Below, piece after piece: positions 21,568 through 33,158 of a stretch of 37,552 bases of DNA (position 1 is its first letter; every line of letters starts with the position of its first letter). The notes below the pieces were generated by a model. It saw only the letters and a program-made list of their open reading frames with translations. It searched no databases and was not told where the DNA came from. The translations under genes were made by a program, and so were the position numbers. Source of the stretch: Chiloscyllium plagiosum (Eukaryota); assembly GCF_004010195.1 (NCBI RefSeq), contig NC_057719.1, positions 48,467,896 to 48,505,447 on the forward strand. The letters are read 5' to 3'.

Positions 21568-21703
21568 TAGTAACCAACATGCTGGCTTATTGCAGTGTGT
21601 TTTTTTTCTCAACAGTTAATTCTTTTCAAATCAATCAAAAATAGGTGATATTATCTATGTAAAAATTGTAAAATTTAAACATCTGGCAATTAATATTTCT
21701 TTT
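21568..21703 (+). repeat. ~135-bp direct copy of unique intron sequence 20176-20309
   Basis: Manual alignment gives 2 substitutions and a 2-nt T-run length difference; the copy sits inside the CR1 RT region. Confidence 0.95.
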
Positions 21704-22797
21704 AGGTCCCTTATGGCTTGTGATATTCATAAATGATTGTAGATGAGAATAAGCATGGGGTGTGATAAGTAGGTTTCTGGCTTACACAAAGATTGGCTAG
21801 GTGGTGGATAGTCAGGAGAAAGGTGTTAGATAACAATGGTATAAATGGCAGATCAGGACAAAAAGAATTTTATCCTGGTAAGTGTGAGGTGATGTAGTTT
21901 GGAAGAAGAAACAAGACAAGGGAGTACTAAATGAATGGCAGGACACTGGGAAGCTCAGATGAAACGAGGAATCTTGGGGTGCTTGACCACAAATGCCTGA
22001 AAGTGGCAGGTTAGGGCAATAGGGTTGTTAAGAAGGCATATGGGATGCTTGCCTTTCAGTCATGGCATTGATTGTAAGAGCAGGGAAGTCACTTTGGAGC
22101 TTGGCAGAATTTTAGTTTGTCTACACATTGAGTACTGTGATTATCACACTGAGAAGGATGTGTTTGTGTTGGAGGAGTGCAAAGGAAATTTACCAGGATA
22201 ATGCCTGGATGGACCATTTCACCTTTTGAAGAGAGGCAGGATACACTTCAGTTGTTTTCTTTGGAGAAGAAAAGGTTGATGAGGGACCGAACAGAGGTAT
22301 ATAAGGTTATGAGGGACACGAACAGAATGAGTAGAAACCAGTAACAAGGGGCATGACTTTAAAGTGAAAGGCAGGAGGTTTGGAGGGGATATGAGGGAAA
22401 AAAAACTTTATCTGGAGTGCAGTGGCTGGGAGGGTAGTTGAGGTGGAAGACCTCACAATCTTTAAAAAATACTTTAGTGAGCACTTGAAATGTCATAACA
22501 TCCAAGACTATGGGGCTACTGCAAGAAACTGAGACTCGTGTCAATAGTAGTGTATTTTTGGCAGTACAGACTTGATGGGCTGTAGGGACTCTTCCCTACA
22601 GTATGATTCTAGATTCCATGATGATGCAACATTATTTCAGGTGGTATCTTGTGAATTCCCAAGTATTGGATCTCTTCAGCACTTTGCAGCTTGTGGCACT
22701 TTCATCTGAAGGCATTGAACCCGTTAAAGTCTGCTGCTTTGATTTTAGTTAAATATTACGCAACACCAGGTTATAGTCTAACAAGTGTATTTGGACG

Positions 22798-22832
22798 CAC
22801 TAGCTTTCGGAGTGCTATTCCTTCATCAGGTG
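22798..22832 (-). ncRNA. Minimal type I hammerhead ribozyme motif within a PLE pseudo-LTR fragment (~22748-22836)
   Basis: Minus strand: CAC-CUGAUGA-A-GGA(auagcac)UCC-GAAA-GCUA-GUG. Core intact, stem I CAC/GUG, stem II GGA/UCC, palindromic stem III AGCU, predicted cleavage after CUA. Confidence 0.75.
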
Positions 22833-22844
22833 GTTGTTTTATTT

Positions 22845-23490
22845 TTACAACTTCAAGATTTATCATCGATGTATTGGAAGGCCAACAGGATCTCATTAAC
22901 TCTGCCTTCAACCTAAATCTGTTCTTCAACGTGTGGGAAAGGTCCTTCTCACAGTAGAATTTGACATTTAAATATTAAATTGTAAGTAACCAGTTTTTCC
23001 CAGGATCCTGCCTTTGAAGTTAAATACATGAATTTCCTGGAACTTGTCAGGTAAAACAAAATGAGAGGACAATAAATATTGAGTAAGTGACAGGCAACAA
23101 AGACTTTAAATATTGAGATATGACAACTGCCCCTCGCCCAGTTCCAGACTTTTCCACAATGGGAAACAATCACTCTGCATCTTACTCTGTCAAGCCCCTA
23201 AGATCCTAGCCCGTGATGCCTTCATTCTGTTAATGAATTTAAATGAAAAGTATCATTGCCATTTATCATACAGAAGGAGGCTGTTTAGTTAATCATGACC
23301 GGTCAAAAATGAGCTAATGTCACTTTCCTGCTTTTATTTGTAGTCTTATAAGTTTGGTATCTTGCAGTGCACATATCTAAGTGTTTGTTAAATGTGTTTA
23401 GGTTTTCTGACTGTGCCAACCTTCTCAGAACATTAGCTTCAGAACTTCCCATTCTCTGGATGAAAATAAATTCTCTTCAACATCCCTTCA
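22845..23490 (-). mobile_element. Old CR1-type LINE 3' fragments
   Basis: Minus strand IVSHCGKVWNWARG resembles the CR1 C-terminal region; a second decayed tail lies at ~23270-23490. Confidence 0.5.
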
Positions 23491-24939
23491 GTGCTTGGGC
23501 ATGGGGTGAGACAAAGCTCTTTAATGTTTCTGCAGGTGAAATGTAGAAAAAGAAGAGGCATGTGAAGAACAGGCAGGTTTCAAAGTAAGAGGTCAGTTGC
23601 TGAAAGTAGTGACCAAGCACTTGTAACTTGCACGTAGATGTACAAATACTAATCAACAGAGTGAATGAAGTAGTGAAAGTTTACGGATTAAAACTTAATT
23701 GAAAGAGACAAAATTTATGAATGTTAAAAAAAATAGTGCAAATACAGAGGTCAATATAAATTGGTAATAGCTTAATAAGTTTCACAATTAGCAACATCTT
23801 ATTCTAAGATGGTTAAGTCATTTTTTTAAAAAATCAGGGCCAGAATAGCAAAGGCAAATAATGAACTCTCCAAACATAAAGAATTGCATACATTGGAATG
23901 AGTAGCATCTGGAAAAAATAATTGAATTAGAGTGTTGCTACTTGGGGCTAAAGTGTGAACTCAAGTAAAGCATACATCCAAAACCTAGATAGGTTCTTGT
24001 TAAAAAGAATTGAGTAGGTCAATTGGAGAGAACACAAAAGCATGGATAGTGGAGAGGGAAACATTGTTAGGGAATATTATTAAGAAACTTCAACAAGATT
24101 GGATTGGCCAAACTCTTAAGGCTTGGAAATTTCTGAAGGAGGTAATAGAACCACAATAAGAAGAATTTCATGAATAATGATGTGAGACAACTTAACTTAA
24201 AAATGAGAAGCCACTGAGGTGGAATGAGTAAACCTTGAGGTGTGAAAAATGGACAGAAGACCTGCTGTTCGACAAACCAGTATTCTAGGAGTGGCCAACT
24301 CATTTTATAAAACAGACATACAGCCAGGAACGTAGACAGCATCCTTAGTGAGGTCAGATGTGGGAAGTGAGGCTGGGTGCAAACTAGTGGATAGAAAATC
24401 CATCAGGCAGAGTTCTGGCAGTGAAAGCACTTCTGAGGATCATTGATTCACTGAGTTCTATCATTTTTAATTGCTTGGTGATACCAAAATCTTAAAAATA
24501 TTAATCAAGAAAGTTGGTGCAGTTGGTAAAAATATGAGAAATAGGAACAAGAAGAGATGATACAACTCTTCCAACCAATCTGTTAGTTGGTTGAGATCTA
24601 TTCCTAAAGTATAAAATTATGCAGGAACTAGTGGCTAGGTAAATATATAGTAAAAAAATAAATAATTGAATAAAATAAATATTTAATTAAAACTTAAGGA
24701 TGGCAGTAAAGGTGATATATCACAGGAACTGCATGTGGAACCTTCTAGAGGCTGGTGTGCTCCACAATAAACACATCTATCAGTGACTCTTTGCAGTTTG
24801 AAAAATTTTTGTTCAGAGCCATTGAACTGGTGCCAGAGTTTCAGACTCTGTGACACATTAGAGCTGGAGAAAATTACCTGAATATTTTTTGAGGTACAAG
24901 TCATCTGGCTTTATGGTAGGGCCTTCCAGTTTGTTCAGT

Positions 24940-26780
24940 GGTCAAGAATAGGGGAATGTGGCTGCAACTGAGGTAGGTGACAAGAGCCAGAGATCAGGCG
25001 TCTGTGAACCGCAGCTTTTGTACCTGTTGGGTTTGAGCTTCTTTCAGATTGTTTGGATGAGAGTGGGTGCTGCAAAGTTATTAGCTATGTGGTCATGGCA
25101 CAAAGATACAAGAAGCCCTTCAAGTAAGTGAAATATAAAGGAAATGTAGGGACAGTATAATGAAAGACATTTACACTGTTCCCTACAATAAAGCCTGGTG
25201 CCAGGATTTGGAGTGTCTGCTCAGGGCTGGCTCGGAACTTATAGAGTGGAGGGGAAAGATCTATGTTGTTATTTTCTTTGAAATTACCATGGACATAGAC
25301 AGGGCAGAAAGAAGTTCTGCATAGTCAATATGTGAGGCAAGACACCCAAGTTAAGACTTGGAGCCTTAAAGGCAATAATCTCTCGATTAATACTTAAACC
25401 ACATGCAAATTGACATAGGGCAAATGAGGTCAGCAAAATGAATGTGTGATGAATGGTGTAGTAGAATTGGACTCTGGTTCATATGCCATTGACACAAATA
25501 CTGAGCAAGGTACTATTGGGACAGTCTCTACCTAATTGTGTTAAGTGTTCAAGTGAACTTCAAGGGAAGTAGAGAATATTTCAAACTACATGGGGCGGGG
25601 GGAGGGAAGGGTCAAATTTGGGAAAATACGGTAAAGTAAAGAGTACAGATGAGAAAAAAGCAGTAATGTGCAAAATTAGAAATAGGGCATGACAAGAAGG
25701 GAGAGTACAAATCGAAGATAAGGCCACAGAGTACAAAAATAATAAAAGTACAAAACTGAAGTCTCATGAATGCACATAGCATTCAAAACAAAATAAATGA
25801 AATAATAGTGCAAATAGAAATAAATAATGGTGATCTGATTGCCGTTACAGAGACATGACTGCAAAATGACATAGATTGGAACCTGAATATTGAAGGTTAG
25901 ATGACATTTAGGAAGAATAAGAAGCCAAGAAAAGGTGGAAGGATGATTTTATTACTGTATTAACAGTAGAGAGGAATATGATAAATATGAGAGTCTGCCT
26001 GAAAGGTACAGTGATAATCATGGTGGGTTTTGATCTACATGTAAATTGTAAAAATCAGTCTGAAGAAAGTAGACTGGATTAGAAATTCTTAGAATGTTTA
26101 CTTGATAGTTTGTTAAAACAGCATGTTCTAGAGACAATCAGAGAGTAGGTTATTCTACAACAAAAACAGAAATTGCTAGAAAAGCCAAGCAGATCTGGCA
26201 GCATTTGTGTAGAGAAAATAGCGTTAACTTGACCCTTCCTCAGAACCCCAGAGACACTCGACTCAAAAAGTTACTCTGCTTCTGTCCACAGATGCTGCCA
26301 GACCTACTGAGCTTTTCCAGCAATTTCTGTTTTTGTCTTTGATTTACAGCATGTGCAGTTCTTCCATTTTTTTTTAGTAGCTAATCTAGATCTGGTATTG
26401 TACTATGATAGGATTTTATGATCTCATAAAATGGATTCCGTCCAGCAACAGTGAATTATAGGTTGAGTTTGATTGAGAGAAGAGTGGGTCCAAGGCTAGT
26501 ATTTAAGCTTAAATAAGGACAGTTATTCAGCATGAAGGCAGAGTGTGCTAAAGTGAACTTTCAAATTTGCTTAGCGGGCAAGTCAATAGAATTGCATTGG
26601 TAGACATTTGAGGAGATATTTTGGAATACATAGAATAGATACATACCAACAAGAAAGAAAAATTTCAGGCAGATATTACTATCTTTGGTTAACTAAAAAT
26701 ATTAGAGATAATATCGAACTTAAAGAGAAAGCATATAATTATGCAAAGATGGCTAGCAGGTCAAGACTGGGCAGAATTAT
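24940..26780 (+). mobile_element. Heavily decayed CR1-type LINE (ORF1 remnant plus APE region)
   Basis: atgaatgcacatagcattcaaaacaaa, DLIAVTET, catggtgggttttgatctacatgtaaattg (GDFNL-like) and EKSGSKAS parallel the 33200-34300 element. Confidence 0.65.
26158..26375. mobile_element. Penelope-like inverted (fold-back) insertion with degenerate hammerhead remnants
   Basis: Arms acaaaaacagaaattgctagaaaagc...gcagcatttgtg and cacagatgctgcc...cttttccagcaatttctgtttttgt. Minus strand has ttctgaggaagggtca. Imperfect TSD agtaggttattcta / agtagctaatcta. Confidence 0.7.
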
Positions 26781-27027
26781 AGGATGGAATCCTTCCAGGC
26801 CCTGAATTACATAGGCTACGGTATGACATTTGGGAAAATCTGGTGAGAAATCGAGTGACTCCCTTTTTGATGCCAAGACCAAATAGTTGTATTATCCAAA
26901 CAAGTCCCATGCATAAAGATGGCATTTTTGCTTGTGAGCAACAAACTGCCTATTAATTTTTTTTTTTTCTTTATGTCTAGTTTCTATCTGGCAGCTGGTA
27001 GAGTAACTACCATATTAATGAGGTGTT

Positions 27028-27236
27028 CCATCACCAAGTCACCCTTTATTTACACATGCATTGTATTTGACAATGATCCGGCTTCCTTCGAGCCAGCTCT
27101 CAGAGTGAGTAGAATCTCTGACGCTCCTATTTATTTATTTTTTTGTGGCGAGTCCTTGATACTGGTCCACCTCCCTCAGAGCCAGCTCTCAGAGTGAACA
27201 GAACCTCTGACACTCCAATTTATTTATTTATTTTTC
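27028..27236 (-). mobile_element. Partial LTR of the Gypsy family below, opposite orientation, with an internal ~89-bp tandem duplication
   Basis: ccatcaccaagtcaccctttatttaca and gagccagctctcagagtga.cagaa.ctctgac.ctcc (twice) are reverse complements of 28050-28155. Confidence 0.75.
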
Positions 27237-27530
27237 CCCATACTACCGCCTTACTGCGGTAGTGCTTATATTTTCCCCAGCATCCATGTGTGTGTGTGTA
27301 GGTGTGAGACACAGTGAAAGACACAAGGTGCACGAATCTTTATTCAGTTTCCACCACCAGGAAGAAAGCAACACCCGAGTGGCCAGTGACCAGCAGTGCC
27401 CTTCACATCAAAGGGCAATGCTGCGTGATCAAACAGTGAAGGGGAGGGCAGGGATTAAATCAAAATAGAGTTGGAGGGGGAAATAATGCACTCCACTCCC
27501 TGCGGTGCCCACCTCTCCCTGAACAACTAC
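27225..27530 (-). mobile_element. Tx1/L1-group LINE 3' end
   Basis: Minus strand LFRERWAPQGVECIISPSNSILI* (stop 27455-27457), then AATAAA, a terminal hairpin and an (AAAT)n tail. Confidence 0.55.
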
Positions 27531-28441
27531 AAACTGCCAATTAGCAGTGCTTATCGCTTATTAACACCCTAATTATTAGTTAATTTTACCTCATTAATAT
27601 GCAGCCTCCCATTCTCCCATCCACCTGATAAAAGCTCGATGTCGAAAAGTCTTGATATGAAAGTCAGTACCTGGTGACTCTAGCTTGTCGCTTACTTCTC
27701 CAGATCTCCTTCATGGACCTGGTAGAGCAGAAAAGGTAATCAATCTTCTTCCTACATTGTTAGGCATTCCTTTGGATTGTTGAGACTGCACTGACCCAGT
27801 TAGAAATCCAGATTGGTATGGTCTCGTGCTGTGGTCTCGTGTCAGTCCTTGAAGCCCTTCTCTACACTAACCTATCCACCCAGACTTCCAGTTCCTTATC
27901 CACAAAGCAGGGCACTCAATTTCCCCATATCCCTTGTATTTGGATTGGAGCAAATATCATAAACTTGTAGTGATTGTCCTTATAGAATATGAATTCCCTG
28001 ATTGGAGCTGTTAATCTGGTCCAAACAGGGAGTCCTGGTTTACAGATATAAACAGGAGTGTCAGAGGTTCTGTTCATTCTGAGAGCTGTCTTTGAGCAAG
28101 CTGGATCAGTTCACGGACTCTCCACATGTAAATAAATGGTGACTTGGTGATGGGATACTGGCGTCTCTGGAGTTATTTCAGTGGTGACAAGAGTGGGATA
28201 TGACTTTGAGTTAACCCTTAATGAGATACTGAGAGAACATTTGGGATGTGGGATTAACAATGTTTAATGTTAATTTCACAATCATGTAAAAGCATCTACT
28301 GGCTGAAGCCTAACTGGACTTCAACAGGCAATGCAACTGCCTTTATCATTGGAAAATGTGGCAAGTGGAGTATATGAGTTTCAGGGTATTCTGATGGAAT
28401 TGGACACTCTTGCCAGCCTGACTGAGCTTGAGGAACATGTA

Positions 28442-29638
28442 GAGGACCAAGCATGTAGATGAGGGTAGGGCAGTTCACGTGGTGTACATGGACTTCAGTA
28501 AAGCCTTTGATAACGTTCCACATGGTAGGCTTTTGGAGAAAATGCAGAGGCATGGAATTGAGGGTGATTTAGCAGTTTGGATTAGAAACTTGCTTTCTGA
28601 AAGAAGGCGGCGAGTGTGGTTGATGGAAAATATTCAGCCTGGAGCCCGGTTACTAGTGGTGTGCCACAAGGATCTGTTTTGGGACTATTGCTGTTTGTCA
28701 TTTTTATAAATGACTTAGACACAGGCATAGGTGGATGGATTAGTGAATTTGCAGACGACACTAAAGTCGATGGAGCAGTAGACAGTTTGGAAGAATGTTA
28801 CAGGTTGCAGGGGGACTTGGATAAACTGCAGAATTGGGCTGAGAGGTGGCAAATGGAGTTCAATGCAGCTAAATGTGAGATGATGCACTTTAGGAAGAAT
28901 AACAGGAAGGCAGAGTACTGGGTCAATGGAAAAATTCTTGGTCGTGTGGATGTGCAGAGGGATCTTGGAGTCCATGTACATAGATCCCTGAAAGTTGCCA
29001 CTCAGGTGTTGTTAAGAAGGCATACGGTGTGTTAGGTTTCATTCGTAGAGGGATTGAGTTCCAAAGCCGCAATATCATGCTGCAACTATACAACGCTGGT
29101 GCAGCCGCACTTGGAAGATTGTGTACAGTTCTGGTCCTCCTATATCGGGAAGGATTTGGAAGCATTGGAAAAGATGCAGAGGAGATTTACCAGGATGTTG
29201 CCTGGTCTGGAGGGAAGGTCTTACGAGGAAAGGCTGAGAGATTTGGGTCTGTTCTCATTGGAAAGAAGAAGGCTAAGAGGAAATTTGATAGAGACATACA
29301 AGATGATCAGAGGATTAGATAGGGTAGACGGTGAAAGTCTTTTTTTCCTCGGATGATGTCGCCAGCTTGTACGAGGGGGCAGAACTATGAATTGACGGGT
29401 GATAGATTTAAGACAGATGTCAGAGGCAGGTTCTTTAGGCAGAGAGTGGTAAGGGCATGGAATGCCCTACCTGCTAATGTAGTCAACTCAGCCACATTAG
29501 GGAGATTTAAACAATCCTTAGATAAGCACATGGATGATTTTGGGATAGTGTAGGGGGACGAGCTGAGAATAGTTCACAGGTCGGTGCAACATCAAGGGCT
29601 GAAGGGCCTGCTCCGCGCTGTATCATTCGATGTTCGAT
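28442..29638 (+). mobile_element. 5'-truncated CR1-type LINE nested in the Gypsy gag region
   Basis: VYMDFSKAFDNVPHGRL, SGVPQGSVLG, FADDTKV, LVQPHLEDCVQFWS; tail gggctgaagggcctgctccgcgctgta. Confidence 0.93.
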
Positions 29639-30975
29639 CATTTGAGTGAAAGTAATTTCATAGCCTCGCTCAGTTCATATCTTGAACAGAGGGACTCTAG
29701 GTCAGCCCACAGAAAAACCCCAAAACAAATCCAAAACTCAGCCAAACTGTTAAAATTTTCTTCGGGAAGCTGGCTGGCAAGTCATTGTAGTTGCTACTGG
29801 TATATGGAGACAGTAAAAGAGACCCATTTGACCTAAATTGAGTAAGAGAACTGATAAACAGGTATCCAGGAAAGTGCACACCCTGGAAAGTCTACCTACA
29901 CTTGGTTTGGAACTGTCAAATTGCTGAGCATCCAAATGAGAACCAATCAAAATAAATATCTAGTCACTCAGTTCTAATGGAGGTCAATACCAGTGCGGCT
30001 GTATCAGTGATCATAGAACTAGTCTTTAAAAAAGTTTGCTGTGGACTCCAACCCTTAAGTTTGCGCCGGATCTCAGCTCGACTGAGAACCTATACCGGGG
30101 AACATTAGATTATAGGTACAACTTCGGTATGAGAAGCAGCTATTTCAGTTAGCACTAATTGTAGCAAAATGCTCAGTCCCAAGCTTGATGGAGTAATTGA
30201 TTGAGAAAGATTCATGTAGATTGGCTCAACATTTTTTGATTAGAAAATGGCTTCCTAAGTGAAATCCTAATTAAATACCTGGAAGTTATTCAGGAATGTC
30301 TAGGGACTATCAAAAGAGCCACCTTACATATTGACCAGTAAGCAATTCCGTGGTTCTGCAAGGTCCACCTAGTGTCATTTGCCTTACAGGCAAAAGTAGA
30401 GGCAGAAATCAGAATGCTGAAATGTGAAGAAATCAATAAAACAGTCCAGTTTGCAGAATGGGCAGCACCTGTTATACCGCTAGTAAAGCCCGGTAGGGAT
30501 TTTAAACAAATGGTAAACTGCTTTTTGCAGCTGGACAAATACCCAACCCCTCACTGAGAGGATTTATACATAATGCTGGCAGAGGGGGTTGCCCTTTACA
30601 AAGCTGGAAATGAGTCACGTGTATTTGCTGTTGCAGTTAGATGAAGATTCCCAGATGTATGCTACAATTAATACCCAAAGAATTTGTAGCAATATGCGAG
30701 ACTGCTGTTTGGGGTATCGTCAGCCAGTGCAATTTTTCAGGGGACGATGGAGAACATTTTACAATGTTTATCCCTGGTCACCATTTATCTAGATGATGTC
30801 ATAATAACAGGGAATTCCAATAAGGAACACTTAGAGAACTTTGTTTTGGTCCTTAATTGTTTCTCCCAGGTAGGCGTATGCCTTAAGAGGGAAAAATGTG
30901 TGGTCTGGGCACCCTAAGTGACCTACTTGCGCTACAGAGTTGACAGGACTGGGTTACACTTGTTGGAAGATGAAA

Positions 30976-31012
30976 TTAGATTAGATTAGATTACATTACA
31001 TTACAGCGTGGA
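30976..31012 (-). mobile_element. Tail-only SINE/LINE insertion in Gypsy pol
   Basis: (ttaga)3(ttaca)3gcgtgga is the reverse complement of the HE1 tail tccacactgtaagtaatctaatct at 3962-3992. Confidence 0.7.
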
Positions 31013-33158
31013 GGGTGATCAAATGTGCTTTCTACTTATGTACTGGAGCGTGGGACTTTCCTTGGGCTGGAGAACTATTACTCAAAGTTTATACATAACC
31101 TGGCTTCCATCCTGGCACCTTTGCATCAACTCTTAAAGGGTCAGCTTTGGAAATGGTCATGTAGCCAAGCCATATCTTTCAGGGAAGTGAAGAAACAGCT
31201 GTCATCCTCTAAAGTATTGGCAACTATGATTCCAAGCGCGATCTTGTATTAGCATGCGATGCTTCCCTGTATAGTATTGGGGTAGTGTTGGCTTGCCAGT
31301 GGCCCAGCAGTGAGGAATACCCAATAGGTTAGGCTTTCTGGACTTTGCTGATGCCAAATGAGGACATGCACAGATGCTTCGACAGTAATCTTTGATGTGA
31401 GCAAGTTCCACTAATACCTTTATGGAAGTAAATTTGTGATTGTAGCGACTGCAAACCCTTGCTAGGGCTACTAAAAGAGGACAGGATTATGCTGCCCATA
31501 GCTTCAAGTAAACTTCAGCTGTGGGTTCTTATACTGAGTGCACACAATTACATATTGGAACACCCTCTGGGAGACCAAGTGGAAAATATGGAAGCATGGA
31601 GTCACTTCCCTCTGGCAGATACACCACTGGTGGTGCACCACTAGAAGAGTCTTCCTGGTTTTAAACTTTCAGGACATCCTTCTGGTCACTGCTGACAATA
31701 TCAGACAGAAAAAGGTCTGGTCCTAGCAAAACGAAAGCATCTGGTGGTGATGGGTGAAACAAAAGGGCCATCACAATCAGAATTGAAACCTTTTGAACCC
31801 GGTGAGATGACATCACCAGAGAAGTTGGTATATTATTATGGGTTGCAAGAGTGATTGTTCCTAGGAAAGATTGCTGCCAGATAACTGGCTGAAGTCCACT
31901 AGGTTCATCCAGGGGTTTCCAAAATGAACATTGGTGAGAAATTTTCTCTGGTGGCCAGGATTGGATGCCAACATAGCATTAGTGGGGCAATGCCCAAAGT
32001 ACCAACAGGAGAAAAATTACTGCCAGTAGCTCCCCCACATTTGTGGGAATGCCCAGGTAAGCCCTGGACTTGGTTACAAGTTGAGTCTGCTAGTTCTTTC
32101 ATAGGCTCTATCTTTTAAGTCGCTGTGGACATCTGCTCAAAATGGTTGGACATGCATAGAGTTCATTTGCCAAACATGGGGACGACGATAGAAAAATTGC
32201 AAGCATCTTTTGCAAGATACAGACTCCCAGCATCACTGGCTAAAGATAATGGGCCATCAGGGAATTTTAATATTTCCTAAAGTCGATTGGCATTCAGTAT
32301 GTGAGGTCAGCTCCATACCATCCATCGTCACGTGGTCTGGCAGAAAGAGCAGTCCAAACTTTGAAGGCAAGCACACAGAAACAGCTGACAGCTTTACTTG
32401 ATACCAAACTGTTGGTTCCTGTTTGATTTTAGGATTACCCCTCACTCAATTACAGGGACAGTTTCAGCAAAGTTGTTAATGGGAAGAAGACTCCAAACCA
32501 GGTTAAATCTGACTTTCCTGCACTTGCAGGGAGGGTGAAATGGCATCAGCAGAACCAGTACCAAACACAAGATTCCTCTAAGTGAGAAAAGCACTTTACT
32601 TCAAGGGACGAAGTTTGGTGTTGAAGTCACAAGGATGGATAAGAGGCATGGTCGACGTGAGGTCAGGTTCCGTGACACACAAAATTCAAGTTGGAGAGGC
32701 AGTCTTGAACAAGCACATGGACTGCATGAAAACTGTAACCTCGCAAACCGGGCAGGAGCAAAACATAGCCAGCCCTTCAAAAGATCTGGCAAGGCTGTCA
32801 GAACCCATGGGTTTTCCCCATCTGTTTAACATCAAAGAAACCTCTAAAGCTGAGATGGACATGGCACATGAAGAAGTTGAATTTTGGCCAAGACGCTTAG
32901 GACGTAAGACGTGGGCTAAGGTTTAGTACACGTCACCAACATCCAGGGCAGAGTCAGACAAACTGGATCTGGTGCGAAAATGCTCCAGGAGAAACTACAG
33001 GATAAAGAATGGGCCTACGTCCTAGGACTTAGAGAGGGTGGGGGGATGTAGTGATTGGAACAAGGACAGCCAGGTGGATCTTGTAGAATATTAATTCACA
33101 ATTGGGGTTGTTCACCTGGTCCAATCAGGGAGTTCTGCCATTGGGTTAAAAACAGGAA

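Larger units (their letters stand above)
20345..22620 (+). mobile_element. Degenerate CR1-type LINE interrupted by a PLE insertion and a templated insertion
   Basis: KPGNYRPV (~20810), NLVEFFKELIKCFDKGRAFDVVDMDFSKTFDKGPHGKL (ORF 20918-21163), tail at ~22570-22620. Confidence 0.88.
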
